Part shown: one piece after another, positions 1 through 9,195 of the stretch
Layout: each line of letters starts with the position of its first letter
How positions within the stretch are numbered: the stretch's first letter is position 1
From: Alkalicoccus daliensis
GTDB taxonomy: Bacteria; Bacillota; Bacilli; Bacillales; Salisediminibacteriaceae
Assembly: GCF_900103955.1 (NCBI RefSeq)
Contig: NZ_FNIL01000014.1
Coordinates: forward strand, 1 to 32,000
Direction of reading: 5' to 3'
Length of the DNA stretch: 32,000 nucleotides
The notes under the pieces: generated by a model
What the model was told of the DNA's origin: nothing
Databases searched by the model: none
Seen by the model: only the letters and a program-made list of their open reading frames with translations
Translations under genes and position numbers: made by a program

Positions 1-786
1 GTAAAATAAGCGGGCAAGCGAATAAATTAGCTTCTTTTCCTCTGTCATTTTCCATTATGGGAATGGTTTGAATGAAGGAGGTCATATGCTTTTACAGGGT
101 TTGCCGTACCGAGCCGGCGCAGGCATAGCAAGGTGGAGTGCAGCATAGCATGGGTGGATTAAAGTATAGGAAGTTTTTATTAAAGTATGGGCGGATCGGA
201 GTAAAGCATAGCCTGTTTTCATGTCATTATAGGCGGATCGGAGTAAAATAGCAGCCACGACAGTAAAATAAGCGGGCAAGCGAATAAATTAGCTTCTTTT
301 CCTCTGTCATTTTCCATTATGGGAATGGTTTGAATGAAGGAGGTCATATGCTTTTACAGGGTTTGCCGTACCGAGCCGGCGCAGGCATAGCAAGGTGGAG
401 TGCAGCATAGCATGGGTGGATTAAAGTATAGGAAGTTTTTATTAAAGTATGGGCGGATCGGAGTAAAGCATAGCCTGTTTTCATGTCATTATAGGCGGAT
501 CGGAGTAAAATAGCAGCCACGACAGTAAAATAAGCGGGCAAGCGAATAAATTAGCTTCTTTTCCTCTGTCATTTTCCATTATGGGAATGGTTTGAATGAA
601 GGAGGTCATATGCTTTTACGGGGTTGCCGCACCGAGCCGACGCAGGCATAACAGGGTGGAGTGCAGCATAGCATGGGTGGATTAAAGTATAGAGGAATTG
701 GGTTAAAGCATAGGAGGTTTGGAGTAAAATATAGAGGAGTTGAAGTAAATTAAAGGGAAGATCAGTAAAGTATAAGCAGATCTGAG
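1..786. repeat. Tandem super-repeat array, 262-bp period (units 1-262, 263-524, degenerate third 525-~786), built from ~21-nt sub-repeats
   Basis: 'gtaaaataagcgggcaagcg' recurs at 1, 263 and 525. The first two units look identical (two identical 65-aa antisense ORFs at 82..279 and 344..541). Internal 21-nt steps such as 'attaaagtataggaagttttt / attaaagtatgggcggatcgg / agtaaagcatagcctgttttc'. Confidence 0.95.
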
Positions 787-889
787 TATATTAAGACGCC
801 ACCAAGTGAAGCGGCATCACTTTCCTTCCCCTCCCGAAACAAATATAATAATAAGCAACGATATTTTCGGGAAAAGAGGTGGACGCTCC

Positions 890-1744
890 ATGGATAAATA
901 CATACGAAGATTAACAGAGGATGATTATTCCCTGTTTCAGGCAATGGATACGGGGATTGAAGATGATTATATTTCTCATTTTTTTCATCGTTTTATTCAT
1001 TCGGGAGACAGGATTTACGGAATGTTCGTGGAGGAACAGCTTGCGGTAATGGCTGGATATTCTATATATGCAGAAAACTATGCGATGCTTGGCAGGCTGC
1101 GAAGTGACCGGCGGTTTCAGGGGAAATCCCTGGCGACGGAGTTAATGACCTATGTGAAACAAGAAGCGTTAAAAGAAGAAAAGGTGCACTGGGTGGGAGG
1201 AAATACGGAGGAGAAAAACATTCCGGCAAGAAGAGTGCTTGAAAAGGCAGGACTTGCGCCTCGGATTACGCAGTATGCAGCTGTTGCTGCGGAAGTGGGC
1301 ATGCTCGAATCAGGCGCAGCACCCTGGCAGGAGATAACGTCCCCTGCGCGTAAACGGGAATGGCTGGAAAGCACTTATGTAAAAGAAGGAAGCCTTTTTC
1401 CCTATCAGTGCTATTATCCTTTTCCGGCAACCGCTGCTCTTTTTGAAGAAAAGGAGCTGGCGTCCTGGAAAATGTACGAAAATCCTGGAGGAACAAAATT
1501 TGTGCTGGCAAAGCATGACCAGAAGCGGACGCATTACCTGCACGTCGGCTATCCGTGGGAGGATTTCCAGGAGCCGGGACTTTGGGAAACCATCACGTCG
1601 GCGCAGAGGTCGCTGGAAAAAGAAATAGAAGAGGACACAAAAGTCTGGCTGGATCTGCCGAAAGATGCGGCATCCCACCTGCCTGCGCAGCATCCATTTA
1701 ACCTGTCTTCCATCTGGGTGCTGCATGAGGCGGCTGCCGGATAA
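890..1744 (+). CDS. GNAT-family N-acetyltransferase
   Basis: ORF 806..1744; ATG at 890 preceded by a gaggtgg RBS. Product MDKYIRRLTEDDYSLFQAM... with GNAT-like 'RLRSDRRFQGKSLATELM' acetyl-CoA-binding segment. Confidence 0.8.
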   Translation: MDKYIRRLTEDDYSLFQAMDTGIEDDYISHFFHRFIHSGDRIYGMFVEEQLAVMAGYSIYAENYAMLGRLRSDRRFQGKSLATELMTYVKQEALKEEKVHWVGGNTEEKNIPARRVLEKAGLAPRITQYAAVAAEVGMLESGAAPWQEITSPARKREWLESTYVKEGSLFPYQCYYPFPATAALFEEKELASWKMYENPGGTKFVLAKHDQKRTHYLHVGYPWEDFQEPGLWETITSAQRSLEKEIEEDTKVWLDLPKDAASHLPAQHPFNLSSIWVLHEAAAG

Positions 1745-1749
1745 AACAA

Positions 1750-2352
1750 TCAGCGGATCCAGCCGTTTTCCCTGCTTAAGGAAATTGCTTCGATGCGGTT
1801 ACTTACCTCCAGTTTATCAAGAATTAATGACACGTAGTTTCTAACAGTACCGTTTGTAATGTGCAGGTCTGCAGCAATTTCTTTTGTCGTGCGGCCATCT
1901 GCGATGAGCTGCAGCACCTGGCCTTCCCGTTCTGTTAAGGGATTTGGATTATCATATACCATATCAATCAGTTCCGGAGCATAGGCTCTGCGCCCGTCCA
2001 TAATCGTGCGGATAGAGTTGGCCAATTCTTCACTTGGGCTGTCTTTTAAGAGATAGCCCTTTACCTTGGCTTTCCGCGCTCGTTCAAAATAACCTGCGCG
2101 GGCAAAAGTAGTAAGAATAATTACTTTACACCGGTGGTCTGACAAATCCTCTGCCGCTTCCAGTCCGGTTTTGACCGGCATTTCAATATCCATAATGCAA
2201 ACATCCGGATCCAGTTCTTTTACGAGTTCCACGGCTCTTTCTCCATTTTCCGCTTTTCCTACCACTTCCATATCTTCTTTTAAATCCAGCAGGGAGCCGA
2301 GGGCCCCGAGCAGCATCTGCTGATCCTCGGCAATGACAATGCGGATCATCAA
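1750..2352 (-). CDS. desR: Two-component response regulator DesR (NarL/FixJ family)
   Basis: 200 aa; 'IRIVIAEDQQMLLGALGSLLDLKEDMEVVGKAENG...DVCIMDIEMPVKTGLEAAEDL' closely resembles recalled B. subtilis DesR; C-terminal LuxR-type HTH. Overlaps desK by 4 nt. Confidence 0.92.
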   Translation of the reverse strand: MMIRIVIAEDQQMLLGALGSLLDLKEDMEVVGKAENGERAVELVKELDPDVCIMDIEMPVKTGLEAAEDLSDHRCKVIILTTFARAGYFERARKAKVKGYLLKDSPSEELANSIRTIMDGRRAYAPELIDMVYDNPNPLTEREGQVLQLIADGRTTKEIAADLHITNGTVRNYVSLILDKLEVSNRIEAISLSRENGWIR

Positions 2353-3485
2353 GCTTCCTCCTCCTTTTTCATATGCTGCACCACCTGCGGTACGAACATC
2401 GTGATCTTTGTTCCCTTTTGCGAGTCCATGGTCAGGGTGCCGTTGACGAATTCCAGCCGTTCCTTCATGCCCTGTATGCCGCTTTCCTGCATCGTTACGT
2501 TCGGCTGGGAAATGCCGATGCCGTTGTCTTCGATCACGATGGAAATGGCGCGGGGGCTCTGGGTTATCGTAATATCACAGCGGGCTGCCTGGCTGTGCTT
2601 AACCACATTCGTTACCGCTTCCTTCATGCACATACTGAGTGCGTTCTCTACCAGGAGCGGTACATTGGTGAACTGCGGATTGCCGTGCACGTAAAGTTCT
2701 ATCTGCGCGACTTTCAGTATTTCCTGGATGTGCAGCAGCTCTTCGCGGACTTTCATTCCTCTCATATCAGAAACCATTTCCCGGACTTCTTTCAGCGCGA
2801 GCCGTGCTGTCCGGTTTATATCCTTCATTTCATTCTGGGCTTCTCCAGGTTTTGCTTCCACCAGTTTTTCTGCGAGATCGCTTTTCAATCCGATTAATGA
2901 AAGCTTCTGCCCGAGGGTATCGTGCAGATCCCGCGCAATTCTCTGCCGTTCCTCCATAACCATCAGCTGGGAAATTTTCTCATTCGCATTTTCCAGCTGG
3001 TTCTCCAGCATCTCCTGTTTATTCCGGTTATAGATCGTAAAAGGAAGGAGGATTACTCCGACGAGGCTGATGACAACAAATGGCAGCTGCATGGTGAAAA
3101 TTTCGCTCTGCATGTAAAATCCTAAGCCGGCAGAAGAGAGTGCGGTGATCAAATTAATTATATACAGCGTGACAAATCCGGCTTTATTTCGGATGTTTCC
3201 AATGAAAAAAGCAAGGAACAAGAAAAAGTATACATAACCAAAATACAGTGTCATGCCCGTGCTGATGACAAGTTCTATCCCTACAGCGACATAGACAGTC
3301 CAGCCCTCTTTAATGAACGAGATCCGGTATACTGCGAAAAATAAAACGATCATCAGGACGCCTGCGATTATTTCTGTAAACGTCGACAAACGTATTACAA
3401 AGTAAAAAGGAAGCAGACAAAAAATAAGCCAGGCATATAAACTTAATCCTGTGGTCTTTGGGACGATATGAAACCAGTTCTGCAT
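2349..3485 (-). CDS. desK: Sensor histidine kinase DesK
   Basis: Multi-TM N-terminus, H-box 'EERQRIARDLHDTLGQKLSLIGLKSDLA', 'EAVTNVVKHSQA' HATPase region. ORF runs to 3524, but the ATG at 3485 follows an AGAAGGGAGG-type RBS. Confidence 0.9.
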   Translation of the reverse strand: MQNWFHIVPKTTGLSLYAWLIFCLLPFYFVIRLSTFTEIIAGVLMIVLFFAVYRISFIKEGWTVYVAVGIELVISTGMTLYFGYVYFFLFLAFFIGNIRNKAGFVTLYIINLITALSSAGLGFYMQSEIFTMQLPFVVISLVGVILLPFTIYNRNKQEMLENQLENANEKISQLMVMEERQRIARDLHDTLGQKLSLIGLKSDLAEKLVEAKPGEAQNEMKDINRTARLALKEVREMVSDMRGMKVREELLHIQEILKVAQIELYVHGNPQFTNVPLLVENALSMCMKEAVTNVVKHSQAARCDITITQSPRAISIVIEDNGIGISQPNVTMQESGIQGMKERLEFVNGTLTMDSQKGTKITMFVPQVVQHMKKEEEA

Positions 3486-3521
3486 GGCGGGCCTCCCTTC
3501 TTTCTCTCTTTTACAGTGTAA

Positions 3522-3560
3522 CAAAAAGCCCTTTCCCGTGGTGGCAAAAGAGCTTTCTTT
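3522..3560 (-). terminator. Weak hairpin with T-run downstream of des
   Basis: On the minus strand: AAAGCTCTTTTGCC...GGGAAAGGGCTTTTTG, in the gap after the des stop and before desK. Confidence 0.4.
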
Positions 3561-3580
3561 CTTCTATTATATTGTGAAAT

Positions 3581-4606
3581 TTACGCTGGTACTTTCTGCG
3601 TTGGCTTCACTTTATAGTTCTTTTTGAATTCGCGGAAGCTGACGAACGTTTTGCTTGTTTCGTCATAAAGACGGAACTGAACAGCTTTTAAGCTGGAGCG
3701 AAGCGTAATCGTCGTAACTTTCTGCAATGGTTTTGTCTGCTCGTGTGTTTTTTCCAGATGATAATTCGGAACCTTCGGGCTTAAATGGTGTACATGGTGG
3801 TAACCAATGTTCCCAGTCAGCCACTGTACCACTTTCGGAAGCTGGTAGTAGGAACTGCCGTCTACAGCTGCTTTCACGAAGTCCCAGTCTTCTTCATTCT
3901 CAAAATAGGAATCTTCGAACTGATGCTGTACATAAAACAACCAGATGCCGAGAGAACCGGAAATCATAAGAATCGGAAGCTGAATGATTAGAAACGCCTG
4001 CAGGCCGATTGCCCAGATCAGGAGCGCATAAATTACAGCGATAGAAGCGGTAATCAAATGCGTGTTCCATCTTTCTTTGCTGCGTGCACCTTTTCGGTTC
4101 ACGCGGTTGTCCCAGCCGAATAAAAGAATCGGGCCAAGACCGAACATGACGATCGGGTTACGGTACAAGCGGTATTTGAATCTTTCCCACTTGTCTGCAT
4201 TTGCATATTCTTCTACTGTCATAATCCATACATCACCGGTGCCTCTTTTATCGAGGTTGCCGCTTGTTGCGTGGTGAATAGAGTGACTTCTTTTCCATTT
4301 ATCGAAAGCGAAATGCGTAATAATTCCTGTTAACGTACCGACAACCCGGTTAGCTTTTGTATTCTTAAAGAAGGAACCGTGCGTACAGTCATGAAAAATA
4401 ATGAACGTCCGTACGACAAAGCCTGCGGCAAGAATAAGAATCGGAATCGTCAGCCAGTATGATACTGCCAGGCTTTGGTAGGCAAGAAACCAAAGCAGGA
4501 AAAAAGGAACGAGAGAATTTACGAGCTGCCAGATACTCTGCTTCATATCTGAGTTTGCGAAAGGGGCTACACTTTTTCTTAGTTCTGCTTGTTGTTGTTT
4601 ACTCAT
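3581..4606 (-). CDS. des: Acyl-lipid/fatty acid desaturase Des
   Basis: 341 aa with histidine boxes 'HDCTHGS', 'HSIHHATSGNLDKRGTGD', 'GYHHVHHLSPKVPNYHLE'; order des-desK-desR as in B. subtilis. Confidence 0.94.
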   Translation of the reverse strand: MSKQQQAELRKSVAPFANSDMKQSIWQLVNSLVPFFLLWFLAYQSLAVSYWLTIPILILAAGFVVRTFIIFHDCTHGSFFKNTKANRVVGTLTGIITHFAFDKWKRSHSIHHATSGNLDKRGTGDVWIMTVEEYANADKWERFKYRLYRNPIVMFGLGPILLFGWDNRVNRKGARSKERWNTHLITASIAVIYALLIWAIGLQAFLIIQLPILMISGSLGIWLFYVQHQFEDSYFENEEDWDFVKAAVDGSSYYQLPKVVQWLTGNIGYHHVHHLSPKVPNYHLEKTHEQTKPLQKVTTITLRSSLKAVQFRLYDETSKTFVSFREFKKNYKVKPTQKVPA

Positions 4607-4692
4607 AGTATGCCTCCTGGTTTTATTTTATATAGTAGTGGGTTTGTTTAAGGTTATATTCTTATTGTACAGCTCCTGTTAGGACCAGGTAA

Positions 4693-4729
4693 GACATACA
4701 TGTCAGCAATGTAATATGACAAGTGTCAT
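4693..4729 (-). promoter_or_regulatory. Candidate DesR operator: two adjacent short palindromes upstream of des
   Basis: GACAT-AC-ATGTC (4693-4704) and ATGACA-AG-TGTCAT (4716-4729), centres 24 bp apart, about 90-120 bp upstream of the des start. Confidence 0.6.
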
Positions 4730-4974
4730 GGATATATTTCCAGTGAAAAGGATAATGGGTTAAAACATGGAAAAGAAATAAGAGAGAACAGGAAGGGATC
4801 CGGTGAAAGTGGAGCTTACAAATGACATCTCTGCCTGTTAAAGAAGGGCCGTTGAGAGCTCTTTGTTAAGCGCGGCACAGAATAAAAAATACTTTATTCC
4901 GGGTGGCACAAACAGGTGCGTAAAACAGCCTGTATGATATAATAAATTATATTGTACAGAAATGAGGGCTTGCA

Positions 4975-5736
4975 GTGGACGCTGTTGGAAGAATGCCGAA
5001 AGATATTTCCCTGATACATGCGCTGAACAGTATTGGAGAAAACGTAATTGTAGCTGATCTCGATTATACAATTACCTGGATGAACGTCAATGCAGTAAAA
5101 CTTTTTAAACAAATTGCTCCTCTTTACGATATAGAGCAAGTATCAGATATGATTGGAATGAACATGAACCGGTTTCACCGGAATCCTGCCCATCAGGAAT
5201 ATATCATGAAAAACCTGGATGAGGTGCATAAAACAAGAATCGTTATTCGCGACACGCTGGTAACGGATATTATTATTACTCCTATTAAAGGCAGCGATGG
5301 TATCGCAGAAGGTTATGTGATTATGCTGCAGGATGTAACAACGCGTGCGGAGGAAGAACGACGCAATGAAAAACTGATCGCCGAACTTTCTGTGCCGATC
5401 CTTCATATATGGGATAATACGATAGCACTTCCTCTTGTCGGATCTTTTACAGAGGATCGCGGAAAAGCGCTTGTATCCAAAGTACTGGAAGAATGCACGG
5501 AGAAAAATACAGAATATGTACTGCTCGCATTAAATGGGCTGGATGAATACGATGATGCACTCCAATACAGCATACGTTATTTGTATGACTGCCTGAAGCT
5601 TGTCGGTACAGAATGTATTATTGTAGGTATCACTCCAAAGCTTGCAATGACATTTGGGGAAGTGGATAAAAACATTTCCACGTTCAGTACGGCCCATCAG
5701 GGTCTCCATTACATTATCAGTCAATCTGCTAAATAA
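4975..5736 (+). CDS. PAS-domain protein with C-terminal STAS-like (RsbR-type) domain
   Basis: N-terminus 'SIGENVIVADLDYTITWMNVNAVKLF...' with 'YVIMLQDVTTRAEEE' PAS-like; C-terminus 'ELSVPILHIWDNTIALPLVGSFTEDRGKALVSKVLEECTEKNTEYVLLALNGL' STAS-like. GTG start at 4975 or ATG at 4993. Confidence 0.75.
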   Translation: MDAVGRMPKDISLIHALNSIGENVIVADLDYTITWMNVNAVKLFKQIAPLYDIEQVSDMIGMNMNRFHRNPAHQEYIMKNLDEVHKTRIVIRDTLVTDIIITPIKGSDGIAEGYVIMLQDVTTRAEEERRNEKLIAELSVPILHIWDNTIALPLVGSFTEDRGKALVSKVLEECTEKNTEYVLLALNGLDEYDDALQYSIRYLYDCLKLVGTECIIVGITPKLAMTFGEVDKNISTFSTAHQGLHYIISQSAK

Positions 5737-5745
5737 TTTCCCAAT

Positions 5746-5785
5746 AAAAAGGAATCCTGCACCTTCCCGCAGGATTCCTTTTTAT
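5746..5785. terminator. Bidirectional intrinsic terminator between convergent genes
   Basis: AAAAAGGAATCCTGC accttccc GCAGGATTCCTTTTT. Confidence 0.9.
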
Positions 5786-5794
5786 TGTTTCATG

Positions 5795-6493
5795 TTATTT
5801 CGTCTGCAAAGCCTGGATCTCTTCGGCCAGCCGGTAAATCTGATGCAGTGTTTCCTGCTGGCTCCGACTATGCTGGACTGTAATTGAAGCAGCTTCTTTT
5901 GCAGCGTGTAATTGCAGTGTTAAAGAAGCCAGCTGTTCATTTAATAAAGAAGCTGCAGAAACTTCTTCTCTTATCTGCGAAGCAGGGGCCGGTTCGTGGA
6001 GGCAAGCAGCGGTTTCTTTCATCTGCTGCAGCTGATAAGAAGCGATGGAAGTTTTATTATTCGTTTTATCTGCGGCAACTGCTGTGTCGCTGCATCCGCT
6101 CAGCAGCTTCTCTGCCTGCGCAGAGATACGGATGACGGCCTGCAGAAGTGCAGTGTGCTTGCAGCTGCCATCCAGTGCAGCGTCAGGGAGAACGCCCATG
6201 GTGAGACAGCCGAGTGTTTTTCCATTTTCCTGCAGCGGAATGCCGGTGACCACATAGGAGGTCCCGTAAGCTTCTTCTTCTACGTATTGTGTCACTTTTC
6301 TTCCTTCCTGCAGGACGGTTTCATTAACACCGCCTTTTCGGAAGGGCGTACCAGGCTGGATGCCAAGATCCAGATGTGTCCCTGGGAGATACGAAAGAAA
6401 CTTTGTCTGATCTGCAAGTGCGACAAAACAGTCGTCAGATTGAAGCTCCTGTATAAATGGGAGAGCGTCAGCTGCTTTCTGTAAAAGCTGCAA
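5795..6493 (-). CDS. Protein with soluble chemoreceptor-like sensory domain; C-terminal coiled-coil
   Basis: 'LLQKAADALPFIQELQSDDCFVALADQTKFLSYLPGTHLDLGIQPGTPFRKGGVNETVLQEGRKVTQYVEEEAYGTSYVVTGIPL' resembles the N-terminal sensor of YfmS-like soluble MCPs; no full methyl-accepting signalling domain. Confidence 0.6.
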   Translation of the reverse strand: MQLLQKAADALPFIQELQSDDCFVALADQTKFLSYLPGTHLDLGIQPGTPFRKGGVNETVLQEGRKVTQYVEEEAYGTSYVVTGIPLQENGKTLGCLTMGVLPDAALDGSCKHTALLQAVIRISAQAEKLLSGCSDTAVAADKTNNKTSIASYQLQQMKETAACLHEPAPASQIREEVSAASLLNEQLASLTLQLHAAKEAASITVQHSRSQQETLHQIYRLAEEIQALQTK

Positions 6494-6564
6494 GGGAACT
6501 TCCTCCTTTATTTTTGTTTAAATTGAGGTAACAAGCCGCCAATGTGCAAAAAGCCAATGGAATG

Positions 6565-6623
6565 AAAAAAGAGCAGGCCGGACGCCGTTCAGCTGTTTCA
6601 GCTGAACGAACGCCGGCCTGCTC
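6565..6623 (-). terminator. Large intrinsic terminator downstream of the 6695..7624 methyltransferase
   Basis: GAGCAGGCCGG-acgcc-GTTCAGCTG-ttt-CAGCTGAAC-gaacg-CCGGCCTGCTC, followed by T6 on the minus strand (aaaaaa at 6565-6570). Confidence 0.85.
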
Positions 6624-6694
6624 CATGTCTCCTGCCGTGTAATTAACTTGTCTTCTATAGTACGGGGATCTACTTGAAAAAGCAAGTCTGCTCA

Positions 6695-7624
6695 TTATTC
6701 ACAAACAAGAATCTCCCGGGAAAACATCTTATTTTTGCCTGCAGTACCCCGATCGATAATAGCAAATCCTGCTTTCTTTAATAGATGATCCAGCGGTTCA
6801 ATCGTAATAATAACCAATCGTTGTGTGAAATTTCGTGCAGACTGCAGCATTTCCAGTTTCGTTTCCTCTGGTAAAACAGAACATAGGTTGTAAGGCATAT
6901 CAATCACTGCTGCATCGTAGCTTTTTTCTATCATCCGCATGTCTTGTAACGCCGTATCCGGCGCGAAACCGAAGTGGGACAAATTTTTTCGGAGCCCGTA
7001 CATTACTTTGGGATTCACGTCACTTCCATCCATTTGGATCCCCATCGATCTCGCTTCGATTACTACTGTTCCAATACCGCAGCACGGATCAATTGCATAA
7101 ATGCCCGAGGGATTTGGAACGGCAATATTTGCGGCACTCCTTGCCACTCTTACCGGCAGCGCAGTGGAGTAAGAGTGCGGCTTCTGCTCCTGCTTTTTCC
7201 ACGCGGAAGAACCGCAGGTCAATGGACCGAATACCCAGCTGTTTTGCGCGGGGAAAATTGCAAAAAGATGCGCCGGATCCGCCAGGTTTATTTTCCCATC
7301 GAGCATACCGGCAGCAGCAATTTCCCTTTGTTTTCGATCTTCAAATGAGGTAGGAAGGGCATGATTCTTCACGAATTGTACTTTGAAAGAAGCTGTCAGC
7401 GGAGGGTGGGCGCGGAGCTTTTCCAACAGAGCTTCCCATGTAGCACTTTCATATAGAACCTCAATTTTTTCTTTCAAAAAAGGGGAGCGGCCGGGGTCCA
7501 GGCTGATGCTGCTCCTTAACGAACCGCCGCTGCCTTCCTCTACGAAAAACGCTCTTAATTCAAGCGCGCACAAACTCTCTTCCTCCGCACGCGCATTATA
7601 CGTGTAAATAAAAGTATTATTCAT
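6695..7624 (-). CDS. TRM11/THUMP-like SAM-dependent RNA methyltransferase
   Basis: 'IYAIDPCCGIGTVVIEARSMGIQMDGSDVNPKVMYGLRKNLSHFG' and catalytic-type 'AAVIDMPYNL' motif (UPF0020 family). Confidence 0.78.
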   Translation of the reverse strand: MNNTFIYTYNARAEEESLCALELRAFFVEEGSGGSLRSSISLDPGRSPFLKEKIEVLYESATWEALLEKLRAHPPLTASFKVQFVKNHALPTSFEDRKQREIAAAGMLDGKINLADPAHLFAIFPAQNSWVFGPLTCGSSAWKKQEQKPHSYSTALPVRVARSAANIAVPNPSGIYAIDPCCGIGTVVIEARSMGIQMDGSDVNPKVMYGLRKNLSHFGFAPDTALQDMRMIEKSYDAAVIDMPYNLCSVLPEETKLEMLQSARNFTQRLVIITIEPLDHLLKKAGFAIIDRGTAGKNKMFSREILVCE

Positions 7625-7676
7625 TCATTTCATCCTTTTTCTATAGCTATCATGAAAATGAAAATTTACTAAAAAA

Positions 7677-7765
7677 GAAGTAGTAATACTGCTTCACTTT
7701 TGGAGAGGCTTACCCAAGGGCTTGTTTTCGACTAAGTTCTCTCACAGGGCACGGCTTCCATCGAT
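7677..7765. repeat. Intergenic dispersed element, copy A
   Basis: TACTGCTTCACT at 7687 and GCACGGCTTCCATC at 7749, with a GAAGTAG/CTGCTTC inverted repeat; same motif order and similar spacing at 15149-15253. Confidence 0.5.
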
Positions 7766-8023
7766 CCACAGACAGCATGGCAGAGACCGCCTCTGCTCTC
7801 ACTTTAGCGCTGAGCAGAAGAAAAAGCAAAGCGTTTAAAACTCGGTAGCTTTAAAAGACCATAGTCCCGGGGCAGGCTTGTACTGAAAGAGGAGAAACCT
7901 GGTACATTCGAAAATCGTGAATAAATGCTTCTGAGAAGAATTATACAATCCCCTCATGTTTAAGATCTTAGTAAGTGGGAAATTATTTTTTTAAGGAATA
8001 ATTTTTCGAAAGGATGACTGTAA

Positions 8024-8680
8024 ATGAAAAAGACACTACTCTCTACAGCAACTGCGGCATTTGCATTAACCCTTGCTGCCTGCGGAACGAACGATAATGA
8101 TGGAACTGATAATACTGCAAATACAAACACTAATACAGGAAACAATGGAGCAGATAACGCAGCAGTTGAAAATAATGAGGCAGAGAATAATCTGGACGAT
8201 ACGCCGGACAATAACGGTGCAGATACAGAGGAGACCAACAACGGCAACACGAATGAAATAGATGAAGTAGAAAACAACATGAATGAAAACGCAGGAGAAA
8301 ATGACGCAGGCACAGATGATAATTCTGACGAGCGTGCTGCAACAGACGGAGAATGGTATGAAGCATTAGGATTTAATGAGTTTCAGCTTGATGCAGAATA
8401 CGAAGATGGAGAATATGAGGTAGAGTACGAATATAACGATGGCAATCCGGAAGGCGAGATTGAAGACACCCGTGGCGGTGAAGATATCGAACTGGAAGGC
8501 GAAGAAGCCCTGCAGGAATTGGAAGAACCTTTAACAGAGCTTGATCTTACGGAGGACAGCTCCGAAGAGGAAATGATGGAGCAGGTAATTGCTGCATTTG
8601 ATCTGGAAGAAGATTATGACGAACTTGAAGTTGAAATTGAATTTATGGATGACAGTGATCTGGAATCAGAAAACGAATAA
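8024..8680 (+). CDS. Acidic Asn/Asp/Glu-rich lipoprotein with YusW-like C-terminal domain
   Basis: Signal peptide MKKTLLSTATAAFALTLAAC with lipobox; low-complexity NTNTNTGNNG linker; C-terminal 'FNEFQLDAEYEDGEYEVEYEYNDG...EEALQELEEPLTELDLTEDSSEEEMMEQVIAAFDLEEDYDELEVEIEF'. Confidence 0.75.
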   Translation: MKKTLLSTATAAFALTLAACGTNDNDGTDNTANTNTNTGNNGADNAAVENNEAENNLDDTPDNNGADTEETNNGNTNEIDEVENNMNENAGENDAGTDDNSDERAATDGEWYEALGFNEFQLDAEYEDGEYEVEYEYNDGNPEGEIEDTRGGEDIELEGEEALQELEEPLTELDLTEDSSEEEMMEQVIAAFDLEEDYDELEVEIEFMDDSDLESENE

Positions 8681-8689
8681 TCAGATAGA

Positions 8690-8717
8690 ATCAGCCGTAA
8701 TCTGCGGCTGATTTTTT
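8690..8717 (+). terminator. Intrinsic terminator
   Basis: TCAGCCG taatctg CGGCTGA TTTTTT immediately after the lipoprotein stop. Confidence 0.85.
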
Positions 8718-8779
8718 CATAACAGTCCAGGGAATTATCCGGTATAGTGAGAAAAAGAGAGGTTTTAAGGGGTGAGGAA

Positions 8780-9148
8780 ATGGAGAAGTTGTTACCTGTC
8801 ATGCAGCAGGGACTGGAGCTTGCAGTAACAGTGGAAGAAGCGGTAAAGCACGTAGAACGGCTGCTGAAAGAAAAGCATTTGGAAGAACCGCTTTATCTGG
8901 TAGAAGATATTATTTCCGCTTTTGCATCGATACAGCGGTCTTTTGAACCTGTGAAGAAAGAGTGCGACATGGAGATGGTCCATCTTACAGCGGCCCAGGT
9001 ACATCAGGCGCTGCAGAAAACTGTATACTCCTTTGAGTCTGGCAGCAGAGGAAAAGTGGAGGAAACAGTCGAGAACGAACTGAAGCCTGGAATTGAGGAA
9101 TGGAGAAAGGCGATGGAAGAAACTTTGCGCAGATATGTGACGCAGTAG
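8780..9148 (+). CDS. Hypothetical helical protein
   Basis: ATG at 8780 preceded by 'aaggggtgagg'; MEKLLPVMQQGLELAVTVEEAVKHVERLLKEK... Confidence 0.55.
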   Translation: MEKLLPVMQQGLELAVTVEEAVKHVERLLKEKHLEEPLYLVEDIISAFASIQRSFEPVKKECDMEMVHLTAAQVHQALQKTVYSFESGSRGKVEETVENELKPGIEEWRKAMEETLRRYVTQ

Positions 9149-9195
9149 AAATATTGTATGTAACGAAAAAAAGACGCTTCACTGCGTCAATTTTC

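Noticed and set aside
82-279. 65-aa minus ORF (and identical 344..541) as a protein gene
   Set aside because: Lies wholly in the tandem array, no convincing RBS; openness is explained by the 21-nt (codon-multiple) repeat period.
1-786. CRISPR array interpretation of the regularly spaced repeats
   Set aside because: Sub-repeats are contiguous (no unique spacers), degenerate, and no cas genes are present.
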